Of a DNA stretch of 64,000 nt, positions 21,412 through 32,118 are shown one piece after another (positions within the stretch are counted from its first letter, which is position 1; the number at the start of each line of letters is the position of its first letter). The notes beneath the pieces were generated by a model. It was not told where the DNA came from and did no database searches. It saw only the letters and a program-made list of their open reading frames with translations. This DNA is from an uncultured delta proteobacterium (lineage in GTDB: Bacteria; Desulfobacterota; Desulfobacteria; Desulfobacterales; B30-G6). The stretch lies in assembly GCA_963823335.1 (NCBI GenBank), contig CAWGLD010000001.1, forward strand, positions 96,001-160,000. The letters run 5' to 3'. The translations under genes were made by a program, and so were the position numbers.

Positions 21412-22527
21412 ATGAAATTTAGAATACTATTGAGTGCATTGTTGGTATCTCTGCTGTTGTTTAGCACCCATATTGCGAAAGTCCATGCCTGTACTGGTAT
21501 AAGATTGTCAGCGAAGGACGGATCGACAGTCTATGGAAGAACTATGGAATGGGGGACTTTTGACCTAAATTCCAGAGTTGCAATTTTTCCACGTGGATAT
21601 GAATTTACCGGTCTCACTCCTGATGGTCATAACGGTAAAAAGTGGAAATCGAAATACGGCATTGTCGGCCTTGATCTGCTGGGAAAAGACCTGCTCGCTG
21701 ATGGTATGAATGAAAAAGGGCTGGCAACGGGCCTTTTTTATCACCCCGGTTTTGCCAGCTATATGAAGTACGATAAGAGTCAGGCAAATAATTCGATCAC
21801 AGCCGTTGATATTGTCTCGTTTATTCTTTCTCAGTTTGCCACGATAGATGAGGTCAGAAGCGGTATGGAAAGTGTGAGGGTTGTTCCGGTTGTGGAAGAG
21901 GCAATAGGGATTCCAGTACAGGGGCATTGGATGGTGACAGAACCCTCTGGAAAGTCGATTGTCATTGAGTATCTGGACAACAAGCTGCGAATTTTCGACA
22001 ATCCGTTGGGCGTTATCACAAATTCTCCCAGCTACGATTGGCATATGACCAATCTGCGTAATTATATAAATCTCTCGGCAGTTGCACTTCCTACAAAAAA
22101 GATCAAAGATCTCGATTTTTCTCCTTTGGGAGGTGGAAGCGGTATGATCGGTCTTCCGGGTGATTTCACGCCCCCGTCCCGTTTTGTTCGTGCGGTAGCG
22201 TGGTCCCAGACTGCCCGACCACTGGAGAAATCGGACGAAGCGATGTATGAACTTTTCCGTATTCTTGACAACTTCAATGTACCCCTTGGGGCTGCTGAAG
22301 GCTCGGATAGTGAGCAGACAAATCTGAAAGGGATGCGAAGCTCAACAATCTGGACTACCGGATGGGATCTTACAAAGAGGGTGCTTTATTTCCATACTCA
22401 GCATAACCGTCGTGTGCGTCAAGTTACGCTAAATAAAATTGACTTTTCAGGAAAAGAAATTGCTCACATTCCACTCGACGATAAAAAAGATCAAGACATT
22501 AAAGACATTTCACTAAACGCAAAATAG
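21412..22527 (+). CDS. Choloylglycine hydrolase/penicillin V acylase family
   Basis: ACT nucleophile, GRTME, DGMNEKGL, TNSP, GLPGDFTPPSRFVRA. Confidence 0.92.
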   Translation: MKFRILLSALLVSLLLFSTHIAKVHACTGIRLSAKDGSTVYGRTMEWGTFDLNSRVAIFPRGYEFTGLTPDGHNGKKWKSKYGIVGLDLLGKDLLADGMNEKGLATGLFYHPGFASYMKYDKSQANNSITAVDIVSFILSQFATIDEVRSGMESVRVVPVVEEAIGIPVQGHWMVTEPSGKSIVIEYLDNKLRIFDNPLGVITNSPSYDWHMTNLRNYINLSAVALPTKKIKDLDFSPLGGGSGMIGLPGDFTPPSRFVRAVAWSQTARPLEKSDEAMYELFRILDNFNVPLGAAEGSDSEQTNLKGMRSSTIWTTGWDLTKRVLYFHTQHNRRVRQVTLNKIDFSGKEIAHIPLDDKKDQDIKDISLNAK

Positions 22528-22745
22528 AAAGTGGCTGACTTGTGATTTCTCCAACTCATCAACGGTGTAGAGGCCTTCTGAAAAGTGGTGATACCACATT
22601 GTCAATTCATGCCCTGACTCGGTTTTCAATTCTGTCAATTCAAGTAAGTATAGATCAGGACATATCATGATATGCATTTTTTTTGGAGCTTGCAGGTTTT
22701 TGACTGAATTTGGATCCACAATTATGGCGAGGTCCCCTTTTCAAT

Positions 22746-22917
22746 TAGAAGCCATCTCAAAAAAAGGGTTTTGGCTCAAGTTCAAGGCGGGCCCGAACTT
22801 CAACCCGCAGGTGCCCGCAGGAAATGCCCTTGGGGTGCATACTCAAGTATTCCGAGGAGTTGAAGCAAGGGACCAACACAGAAATTGGGCTAAAAAACTT
22901 TTTTGAGATAGCTTCTA
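22746..22917. mobile_element. MITE-like element (inverted copy at 47032-47174; end fragments ~29566 and ~50934)
   Basis: Terminal IRs tagaagccatctcaaaaaa / ttttttgagatagcttcta. Confidence 0.8.
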
Positions 22918-22987
22918 ATAAGGGGCCGCTAAAGATAGAGGGAGGGGGGGGTAAGCAGTCTCGCTTAATTAGCACGTGCCAAAATAT

Positions 22988-23161
22988 TTACCTTTCACCA
23001 TCCTTGCTGCGTATGTCACCCAGCCACTGGTCAAAAATATTTTGGTATTCATCTAACTCGGTTTCACGTTTACACTTTGGGCAGGCTACAATTTTCTGAT
23101 CACCTTGCTTCTCTATCTTTGCAATTCTGCCACAGAAGATGCAGATGATATTTTCAGGTTC
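22988..23161 (-). CDS. Small zinc-ribbon protein
   Basis: CIFCG...CPKC; overlaps the IHF stop. Confidence 0.55.
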   Translation of the reverse strand, partial: EPENIICIFCGRIAKIEKQGDQKIVACPKCKRETELDEYQNIFDQWLGDIRSKDGER

Positions 23162-23438
23162 CATTGATTCGATCTCGAAGTTTACCACTGCATTTAAATG
23201 TCACTACCTTCCTTGCTGGCAGCATCAGAGCTTCACTCGTCGCAGGGTTCCTGCCTTTGCGTTCAGCTTTCTGCTTTACACAGAGTTTGCCGAAACCACT
23301 GATCAGGACATCTTCACCGGTGGCAAGGTTGTCTTTTATGGTGTGAATAATAGTCTCTACAATGTCAGTGCTCTGCTTCTTAGTGAATCCGCTTTCGGAT
23401 GATACTGAATCAATGAGATCAGATTTCGTTAGTGCCAT
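23154..23438 (-). CDS. ihfA: Integration host factor alpha-like/HU family DNA-binding protein
   Basis: MALTK, ISGFGK, RKGRNPAT, VVTFK.S.KL. Confidence 0.85.
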   Translation of the reverse strand: MALTKSDLIDSVSSESGFTKKQSTDIVETIIHTIKDNLATGEDVLISGFGKLCVKQKAERKGRNPATSEALMLPARKVVTFKCSGKLRDRINGT

Positions 23439-23527
23439 GCTTGCTCCTGTTTAGAGGTAGCGCCAGATTAAGAAAAGACAGCCATAACAGTTGCCCAATC
23501 AGGAAAAGTTCAAAAGATGAGAGGCGG

Positions 23528-23755
23528 TTACCTTTTGAACATGTTTCTTGAGACACTAAAAAGACCGATAACACCCGTTGCCAAAAGGATCATTATGGTT
23601 GGTTCAGTAGCTTGAGCGAAATTATCAATAACATTCGTTCCTGCAACTATTCCATCGGTACTTTCATCAAAACCTGCATTAATGATTCCTGAGTTAGATG
23701 CGATTCCAAATAATACTAAGAAAAAGCTAAAACACATTAATAGGTATTTTGTCAT
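23528..23755 (-). CDS. Small PEP-CTERM-like membrane protein
   Basis: EPTIMILLATGVIGL plus basic tail. Confidence 0.55.
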   Translation of the reverse strand: MTKYLLMCFSFFLVLFGIASNSGIINAGFDESTDGIVAGTNVIDNFAQATEPTIMILLATGVIGLFSVSRNMFKR

Positions 23756-24551
23756 GCTAAATTCTCTTTAAGATAGGTGCGCTTTTAGTTTGTTCATGTT
23801 TTGTTTATGCAAAATTCATGCAAGAAATCGTCTTAATTATAATATCTAATATTTATAGTCGGTTATCCATGTGTTAAATCAAACAAATAACAAGAACTAT
23901 GAATTAGAAATCAGAGTCCTAAATGCTGATATGTAAAACAGGTAACATAAAGGAGGATAACAGGATAAAAACGATGTTCTTAAAGACCACCCAAGGGTGG
24001 GCGCCCGCTGAATGGCTAGTGAGTGAGCAAGGCAATGAAATTCTTTTGAAAGTAAAAATGGAGAGTATCGGCCTTACCATCGATGTGAAGTTAACAAAAA
24101 AATAGCAGGAGATATTGATCCGTGACAAAATATCTGACTGTATATCTGAAATAAAGTACACTTCCAAAAATCCACAGTTCTCCAGCACATCCAAGAAAAT
24201 TTGCGGCTTTTAACAATTGTGATACCATGACCATCGTGGATTCCATCATCCTTTGACATAACACGCATAACCTGATAACGGTAAAATTACATCTTACACC
24301 AGAGCCTCACCTGCCTTTAGCCAGACGGCAGGACCATTCTGATCCGGAGTCTTCTGTATAATTCTGACCAAACCAATACTCACAACTCAATAATCGATAA
24401 TAAGGCCGATATGAAATTCTATCTATTGATAGGATGTCTGAAGTTCCCATGATTTCCCTCATAAGGAGTTAGCGCTCCTTATGAGGGACTACAAATTTGG
24501 TCCCGATACTCGCCAGTTCAAAACCCAGAATCCAAAATAAGGAGGTTTTCG

Positions 24552-24851
24552 ATGGTAATAGTATTGAATGTATCGTTTCCAGCTGAAAGCGCAAAGAAGA
24601 TGGGAGAAAGCTTTATAAAAGCCCCACCTATACCAGATTATTTAACACGCAGGGGTCCTTACATTAGCTCTAACAACATGGATGGTATAAGAAGCTTGTC
24701 AATATTCGAAGTGGATTCTGATAAGCTTGCTGACGGATTATTAGCGGTAGGAGATTATGTTGCAGGCTTTTTTGACGTTCCTGGATTCGCATATGAGGCT
24801 AAAGTTAACAATGAAGTTCAGGAGGCTTTAAAAATGATCGGATTAGGTTAA
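24552..24851 (+). CDS. Hypothetical protein
   Basis: RBS aaggagg, 99-aa ORF. Confidence 0.7.
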   Translation: MVIVLNVSFPAESAKKMGESFIKAPPIPDYLTRRGPYISSNNMDGIRSLSIFEVDSDKLADGLLAVGDYVAGFFDVPGFAYEAKVNNEVQEALKMIGLG

Positions 24852-25010
24852 GATATGGTTCGGGATTCATTGAATGACTCCCGGATCAACTATTCCTGAA
24901 TAGGATTTCGCTTGGCCCACCCTTTCCGTCCTATATATTCCCGGGAGCTAAGTTATTTCTTGTCTTTACAGGATCATCATCTGTAACCAACAACCGACAA
25001 GGAGGATGAA

Positions 25011-25436
25011 ATGCTTACAAAAGAATCTGCTGAACTACTAAAGGGAGCGGTAGGAGTAACAGATGAACAATTAGCCAAATTGAGTGGTGGGGAAGAAAAA
25101 CTTTGGAACAATGTTATGAAAATGATGCAAGTTCAAACGGTTGCAGAGGTGGTAAAATCTGAACGCTGTTTTGCCCAAGTCAAGGTAGGGGACAAACTTG
25201 TTTTCGATCCATTTCTTAACCCTGAAAAGTCTACAGGAGTAATGTGCCCGAAAGCCCTTTTACCAATTATGTCTCAAATCGGCGCAATTTGGGAAATGGC
25301 AGGAGAATGGGCAGAATCGGGGAAAGAGGAGCCTCCAGAAATAATTTGGCGTCATATTCGCTGTCTTGATCCAGGCCTTGAGGACGGAGGATTGGGAGGT
25401 GTCGTTTACAGTCTTCGCCTTGAACCAGTATCTTAA
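25011..25436 (+). CDS. Hypothetical protein with spaced Cys residues
   Basis: RBS aggagg; C....KVGDK, MCP.AL, CLDPG. Confidence 0.7.
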   Translation: MLTKESAELLKGAVGVTDEQLAKLSGGEEKLWNNVMKMMQVQTVAEVVKSERCFAQVKVGDKLVFDPFLNPEKSTGVMCPKALLPIMSQIGAIWEMAGEWAESGKEEPPEIIWRHIRCLDPGLEDGGLGGVVYSLRLEPVS

Positions 25437-25584
25437 AACGAATATGAGAAATTGGCATTTTTAGCAGGGTCAGAAATGGCCCTGCTTTTTTCGTGATACC
25501 TCCATCAACGGTGTAGAGGACTTCTGAAAAGTTGTGATACTACATTGTAAATGCTTGTTCTAACTTGCTTTTCAAATTAGTCAA

Positions 25585-25636
25585 TTGAAGAACCTCGCAG
25601 CAAGCTACGGGGAATGCGCTCGCTGCTGCGGTTCAA
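25585..25636. repeat. REP-like palindromic repeat (also 30330-30472 as a doublet, and 44056-44107)
   Basis: ttgaagaacctcgcagcaagctacggggaatgcgctcgct...cggttcaa. Confidence 0.85.
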
Positions 25637-25863
25637 GTATCGGCCAAAATAAATAATAATGACAACGAGTTGTCCTGATACTGCATCCGATGCAAGCATC
25701 AAGGGTGATACTTGCGGTCTTGCCAATTGAGCCAACACGATAGGCCCAACCGTAAAATATTCCTAATCCAACAAGACCAGCCGGTTAGATTAAACAGGCC
25801 TAAACTGCCATGGAACACGATAAAGAAATAATCGAACAACCGTATAGACTTTAGGTTGACACA

Positions 25864-26361
25864 TCATTTCTTCCATTTCGTTAATGCATCTTTCCCTTTG
25901 ATAGCTATTAACTCTTTTGTCAATGATCGTAATCGGTCAGCAAGAATCTCTGAAAATACCCGATACATGATATAACCGAATGCAACTTTATCATTTCCGG
26001 TAAGTTTATCGACATACTCAGTGTCGACTGCTATACATGCGACATCCCCATCTGCGTATGCAGAGGCCGATCGAGGTGAACTGTCTATAAACCTCATTTC
26101 TCCAAAAATATCACCCTTACGTTTTAGAATTGTCACCTCTTTATCTTTCTTAACGATTTTGACCTTGCCATAGACAAGAAAATATACCCAAGGATCAATG
26201 TTGTTTTCTTGTATAATAGCTTCTCCTGATTTGTACGCTCTCAGCTTGCTCATATTAAGCAGTGTTTGGAGATCGTTCTGGGTAAAAGGCCGAAAAATAG
26301 GCATCTTTTTTAGATCATCGATTATTTTCTCGTTCCCTAATAAATAGTCAGTTTCTTTCAT
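25864..26361 (-). CDS. Cyclic-nucleotide-binding domain protein
   Basis: GDIFGEM...PRSASA. Confidence 0.88.
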   Translation of the reverse strand: MKETDYLLGNEKIIDDLKKMPIFRPFTQNDLQTLLNMSKLRAYKSGEAIIQENNIDPWVYFLVYGKVKIVKKDKEVTILKRKGDIFGEMRFIDSSPRSASAYADGDVACIAVDTEYVDKLTGNDKVAFGYIMYRVFSEILADRLRSLTKELIAIKGKDALTKWKK

Positions 26362-26529
26362 TTTTATAATCTCCCACTTTATATGCATCTAACTTAGAAA
26401 TCTATCGGGGATTTTTAACATTGGAGAAAGGGTCTTATGGTTTGAAATTATAAATGAAATAAATTTAACAAACTTTTAGAAAATAAGCAAATATCGTTAT
26501 AAGAACAGGGAAATAAGACGATATCGGCC

Positions 26530-26710
26530 CTGGGCCCCATTGTATGGACAGCCTGAGCGTAGAGTTAAGCTCTGAGAACCCGCTAATTGAAGAGGAGGCA
26601 TCAGGCAGACTCCGCAAAAGGATGAGGAAGGTTGTATATAAACCTCATCCGGTGTCAGATTGTCAAGGGCCTGGTGAGAGCGTTCTTGGTTGTAATGGTT
26701 GAATCACTCG
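26530..26710 (-). pseudogene. IS3-family remnant (transposase C-terminus and right end)
   Basis: Minus strand reads HYNQERSHQALDNLTPDEVY; tgtccatacaatgggg IR-like end. Confidence 0.7.
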
Positions 26711-27137
26711 TTGGAATATAGATGCAGGGATAAAATGTCGATTACGGGTAGATAGACGGAAATACGGTCAGTTGGCGGGAATCGCAAGGTTGGAAATTAT
26801 CGGTATCTTGAGACACTTTTGGCGGGATAAGATGGCTGGATTTCGAGGATACTCTTTAAGATTCGGGTGTCTCTGACTTGAGACACGCCCCATAAGAATG
26901 AAATATATAAAATTTCACAGGTGTTATTGAGATCTATATTTGACGGTTATGGTCGGTTACAGGAAAATGACAACAGGCTCGCCCACCGCCACATTTCATG
27001 TCCTCTCCGCTATCATGACCAAGAGCCTTCTCATATTTTAAGCGCCGCTCCAAAATAAAAACGGCACGCCCGGTTTAGAACCTGTGGGTGCCGTATTAAA
27101 CATTGAAATATTGAACTGCAAAGAACGCAAAGATCTT

Positions 27138-27554
27138 CTATGCAGAATGCCAGTTTTGCACCTTAAGTCTTAAAAACTGATTAAAATCGTTCACATTCCG
27201 TGTTACCAGTATCAGGCCATTCACCGCAGATATTGCCGCAATCTGCCCATCAACAAATGACGGAGTTAATCCTTTCGACGACAGCCTAACATGTTCTTTT
27301 GCATGCCACTCCGCTGCCCTATCATCGTAGGGAAGAATAAGCATGGTCTGTCTGACGGTGTCGTTAAGAAATGAAGCAATGACTTCACGTTTGCGGGACC
27401 GCGGAAGGCGTCTGCAACCAAATTGAAGCTCATGCCAAACCGGAGCAGCCGTTACGATTTCGTTCTCCCATTTTTCAAACATCTTCATGACTGATTTATC
27501 AGGAACGGTTTTCAATGCCTCTGAAAGTACATTTGTATCAATGAGGTATTTCAT
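27138..27554 (-). CDS. vapC: VapC/PIN toxin
   Basis: YLIDTNVLSE, D.QIAA, LVTRN..DF. Confidence 0.92.
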   Translation of the reverse strand: MKYLIDTNVLSEALKTVPDKSVMKMFEKWENEIVTAAPVWHELQFGCRRLPRSRKREVIASFLNDTVRQTMLILPYDDRAAEWHAKEHVRLSSKGLTPSFVDGQIAAISAVNGLILVTRNVNDFNQFLRLKVQNWHSA

Positions 27555-27844
27555 CCCTCCAACCCCACTTCTCTCCCTGAAGACCGGTCTCGTAGCCCTT
27601 TGAAATCCCCGTCTGAGATTTCAATCCCTTCAGCCTCAACCTTGCGCCTGTATTGCGAAACAGCACTCCAAAACCCTGTATATTTGCGACTGAGTCGTTC
27701 ATATTCTTGGATCGACAGCAATACTGCAACCGGTTTTCCCCGTCTTGTCAGTTCAACAGATGGGCCATTTTCAACAGAATGGACGATAGTGGGAAGTCTG
27801 TTTTTTGCTTCGGCTATGGAAAATTGCTTTTGCATGATGACCAC
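27551..27844 (-). CDS. Phd/YefM antitoxin
   Basis: SIAEAKNRL, TRRGKPVAVL; 4-nt overlap with the toxin. Confidence 0.9.
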   Translation of the reverse strand: MVIMQKQFSIAEAKNRLPTIVHSVENGPSVELTRRGKPVAVLLSIQEYERLSRKYTGFWSAVSQYRRKVEAEGIEISDGDFKGLRDRSSGREVGLEG

Positions 27845-28049
27845 CTCCTTAGCCCGAACATTTCATGAAACTTGACGAAGAATTCTTTAGCCGATCAGGT
27901 TCGTGAAATTTCTGGGTTAGCAAATCATATGTTTGCTATTATAGCCATCTTTATAGCCATAATCAAGTTATTCTTTATACAGCATGATGAATTTGGGGGT
28001 TTGGGGGTCGGGATAGAAATGCGGCAATCGGATGATACAAGATCGTGCC

Positions 28050-28160
28050 AGAGATCAGAGATCAGAGATCAGGGCTTTGAATAAGATCACAAATGAACCT
28101 CGAAGGCGCGAAGAACATTTCAGAGATCGGAAGTCAGAGATCAGAGGTCTGAGGTCGGTA
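28050..28160 (+). repeat. Heptamer (TCAGARR) repeat tract; related copy at 42942-43055
   Basis: cagagatcagagatcagagatc...aaggcgcgaag.acatttcagagatcgga.gtcaga. Confidence 0.8.
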
Positions 28161-28241
28161 AGAAATAAGATTGAACCACGAAGTTAATCCGGTAAAAGTC
28201 AAATAGTTTTTTTAACTTGCTCTTTGAAAATTCGGTAAAAC

Positions 28242-28545
28242 CTACACTTGTGGGAACATATCTGCTATAATGTCGGCCAATGGAGCGGGGGCAGTGATCC
28301 CGGACATAGTGTCACTGACATTATGGGACCTTTCTCGCTCCAGTCTTTTTTTCCGCTGACGTTTGCTAACAGGGGCTGTTTGATCGTAACCCTGAAGACG
28401 ACGACTGGTACTATCTATAGGTTCATTGCCCTGCATTGGCACACTTCGCAATCTATTCGCCAAATCGATATGTGGGTTGAATGGCCGGTTGTGTTTAAGC
28501 ATACCGTAAAGGATCCGCACGATCTTGTGCATGCATGCACCCATA
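28242..28545 (-). pseudogene. IS110-family transposase C-terminal fragment
   Basis: MGACMHKIVRILYGMLKHNRPFNP. Confidence 0.65.
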
Positions 28546-29301
28546 AGCTCCGTCGTATCCAACTTGTTTGGCAATACCGGACGCAATCTAATGAATAAGC
28601 TAATCGATACGGATATTGAAATAACAATTGGACATGTCGAAGAATGTGCCGAGGGAAGTCTCAAACAAAAAGTTCCAGAGCTCTTTCGGTCCATTCAAGG
28701 TTTTTTTGAAACCCATCATCGTTTTCAGCTGAAAATGATGATGCAGACTATCAATCACCTTGAGAGTGAAATTGAAGCTATTACCAGACGCCTGGATGAT
28801 ATTATGCTTCCCCATCAGGAGATGATCGACCAACTAGATCAGGTTCCCGGTATTGATAAAAAAACAGCCCAATCGATCATCGGTCATATTGGTGATACAT
28901 TAACAGCCTTTAGATCAGAGAAAGCTTTAGCTTCATGGGGAGGGCTTTGTCCCGGCAACAATGAGAGTGCCGGGAAACGAAAAAGTGGAAGAAGTCCGGT
29001 GCGCAAACACCCTTTTAAGGAACTGATGATCGAAATTGCCTGGGCTGCTGTGAGGACAAAAGGCTCCTACTATAAAGACAAGTATCATCGTCTTAAATCC
29101 AGGCGGGGGGCCAAAAGAGCCATTGTCGCCATAGCCCATCGAATCACCAAAGCAGTTTATCATATCATTAAATATGGAAAATCGTTTGTCGATCTTGGCG
29201 AAGCGTATCTTATGTCAAAGAGCAAAGAAAAACGAATAAAAGCGCTAAAATCAAGAGCCAAGTATCTTGGCTTTAACCTGGTGCCGTTAGAGGCGAAGTG
29301 A
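28545..29301 (+). pseudogene. IS110-family transposase lacking its N-terminal RuvC-like domain
   Basis: VPGID, GLCPGNNESAGK, AIVAIAHR. Confidence 0.85.
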
Positions 29302-29644
29302 AACCGTATTTTGAGGTCGATACATAAGTGAAGCCCGTGAGCGCGACATAAATATGATCGGTCAGCCAGGTGAACAACAAATTGTCGGCGAAGACCACGT
29401 AAATGAAACTACGAAGACACAAGGCTGACACTACGGTTTCATTATGGTTTATTTATTCACATTAGAAACTCCGCAAAGCCAATGATGCTGATTGGATCAA
29501 AAGAACCTCGACCTGGTACAAATGCGTTGCCAGTTGAGGCCTGTTTCTAATGAATATGTTCCGTTTGGGCTAAAAATCTTTTTTGAGATAGCTTCCAGAC
29601 GTTTACGGAACCATGTGCCCTATTGAAAGATATGGCACAGCCTT

Positions 29645-30181
29645 TACCCATACCGTACCCGGAAAAACCTCTATTAGATCTGAGAAATATGATGAAAAAC
29701 ATCATAATCACAGCAATTGTTATTTTTATAGTCGTCGAACTTATCGAACATATTATTTTCCCGATAGTTTGGTACATCTTGAAAGGGAGGAAAAAATCTA
29801 CGTATGGTGTGACCAGCATGATAGGGAAAGTTGTTGAGATTCGTACATGGCATAATACTAAAGGACAAGTATTAATCAACGGCGAGTTATGGAAAGCTGA
29901 ATGCGAGGCTTCCTTACCCGTTGGTGGCAAAGCGGTGGTTTATGATATTGATGGACTTACATTGAAGTTAAAGCCTTACGAAAATTCATAGAGGAGATTT
30001 TACTGCCTTAATCCATAAATATTTATCATAATGGAAGGTGCTTCATGAAAACAGACTTATACGCAAAGACCATCTTGACCATTATCGCTATCTGCCTGCT
30101 GTATATGACTTGCAGGGATATGGTAGTACCAGCTTATGCAGATCGTAACGATATCGTTGACGTCAATATCGTAGCAGTGAG
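29645..30181 (+). repeat. 537-bp near-identical direct repeat, copy 1 (copy 2 at 43175-43711)
   Basis: Identical by eye except ~3 substitutions. Confidence 0.95.
29689..29991 (+). CDS. NfeD-like C-terminal (OB-fold) membrane protein, copy 1
   Basis: TM helix, GQVLINGELWKA. Confidence 0.8.
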   Translation: MMKNIIITAIVIFIVVELIEHIIFPIVWYILKGRKKSTYGVTSMIGKVVEIRTWHNTKGQVLINGELWKAECEASLPVGGKAVVYDIDGLTLKLKPYENS

Positions 30182-30529
30182 GAACTAATACGGGACATTC
30201 GTGCAGAGCGTGCGTAGCGAACCCTTTAGAAAACTTCTCAAGACCGATCCCTACCTAAATCGAAACCTTTGCAAAACACTCCTTTTTGCCCAATTTCCGT
30301 GTCAGGCTCAAATTCTAATCCTAAATATATTGAAGAACCTCGCAGCAAGCTACGAGGAATGTTCTGCCGTTCGGCAGTGCTGCGCATCGACCGTAAGGAA
30401 TTCTGTCTAATTTAGATTCGCTCGCTAACCCCGCGGCAAGCCACGGGGAATGCGCTCGCTTTTGCGGTTCAATGTATTCATATGGTTAAAAAATTATTTT
30501 CCTCAATCTGAACCAAAATTGAGCCTTTT

Positions 30530-31687
30530 TCAAAGGCCCCGGTCCAATAAAGACACACCTTTTGCCAGTGTTTGTAGTGGAACGGCTTCCACTTGACTTG
30601 CCAATGGGAATCGTTGGGTTCCCGGATAAATTACAAACACATGCTTTAAATTCAAATCATCAAGAGCGATCCGGATGGAAGGCGTTATGCGTGGCGTGTC
30701 CGTACGTTTACACTCTATACCGTACAACACGTCACCTCGGCGTAGAATCAAATCGATTTCCGCACCTTGGTGGGTAGCCCAAAAGAAAACCTCATCATGT
30801 GGCTCTGTTTTTAGCAATTGTTCGATAACAAACCCTTCCCATGAGGCACCCATCTTGGGATGAGAGAACAGGTTCTTCATAGAATCGATGCCCAGCAATT
30901 GATGCAGCATTCCGCTGTCACGCACATAGATCTTGGGCGATTTCACCTGGCGCTTTTTCAGGTTTGCATGGTAAGGCTGCAATTGACGAATCATAAAGGC
31001 ATCTGTCAGCAAATCCAAATAGCGTCGTGTGGTCGATTCACTAACGCCAAGGGTACGGGCTGGCTCGGCTGCGTTCCAAACCTGCCCATGATAATGCGCC
31101 ACCATGGTCCAAAAACGCCAAAGGGCGGTTGCCGCGACACGTACGCCCCACTGGGGAAAGTCACGCTCAAGAAGGGTTTGGATGAAGTTCTTGCGCCATG
31201 CAATGCTATTGGCATTACTTCCGGCCAGGTAGGAAAGGGGAAGACCGCCCCTCAACCACAAGTGCTGCTCCGCTTCGAAACCTAACTCCGACAACGAGAA
31301 ACCGCCGATGACTATACGCTCCATTCTACCGGCAAGGCTTTCCGAAGTCTGGCGCATGAGAGTGCCGGAAGCGCTGCCAAGAATGAGAAAACGTGCCGGT
31401 GTGCGCTTTCGGTCGGCAAGTACCCGCAGTACAGGAAAAAGATCTGGGCGCCGCTGAATTTCATCAATTACTACCAATCCATTCAGTGGTTTTAAAGCGG
31501 TCATGGGCTCATCCAGTCGGCCCAAGCTTGTCGGGTCCTCCAGGTCAAAATAGTTGACTGAATCTTCTTCAAGCAACTTGCGAGCGAGCGTGGTTTTACC
31601 ACTTTGGCGAGGCCCCACCAATACGACAACGCGGCTGCGGGAAAGGGCATTTTTTAGCGCAGAAAGTATGGATGCACGCTTGATCAT
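30530..31687 (-). CDS. AAA ATPase with DUF4143 domain
   Basis: GPRQSGKTT, IDEIQ, LAGR, KSPKIY..DSG, EID...IECK. Confidence 0.9.
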   Translation of the reverse strand: MIKRASILSALKNALSRSRVVVLVGPRQSGKTTLARKLLEEDSVNYFDLEDPTSLGRLDEPMTALKPLNGLVVIDEIQRRPDLFPVLRVLADRKRTPARFLILGSASGTLMRQTSESLAGRMERIVIGGFSLSELGFEAEQHLWLRGGLPLSYLAGSNANSIAWRKNFIQTLLERDFPQWGVRVAATALWRFWTMVAHYHGQVWNAAEPARTLGVSESTTRRYLDLLTDAFMIRQLQPYHANLKKRQVKSPKIYVRDSGMLHQLLGIDSMKNLFSHPKMGASWEGFVIEQLLKTEPHDEVFFWATHQGAEIDLILRRGDVLYGIECKRTDTPRITPSIRIALDDLNLKHVFVIYPGTQRFPLASQVEAVPLQTLAKGVSLLDRGL

Positions 31688-32118
31688 GAACCTACAATAC
31701 CATGAATATCCGTCATGTCAAGGCGGTTATTCGTGGTATTTCTCCACACTCAAGTTTTTCCATTGAAATTCTTCACATTTATTATTCGGTTCTGTTAATT
31801 TTTCAACTTCGCTTACTTTACGTCCAGTGGAATCCTCCATACCAGACGCAAAGGACTCAAACATAATTTTGAATGTTTAAATTTGAATTTTAAATTACAG
31901 GATCAGGAAAACCATCATGCCCTGCGGGCAATACGCTTTCCTGGGAAACTGAAATGCTGCAGAAGCTATAAAGAACATGGGCGGTGACAGGCATTAATCA
32001 GCTCAGACTTCACGGGGCAGGAATTTATGGACTGAACAATATGCGAAAACAGATCTGGCTTTTGGTGAGTTGCGCCAATCTCCTGTGGATCAACGCTTTT
32101 ATAGGTGGTCCCACTTTT

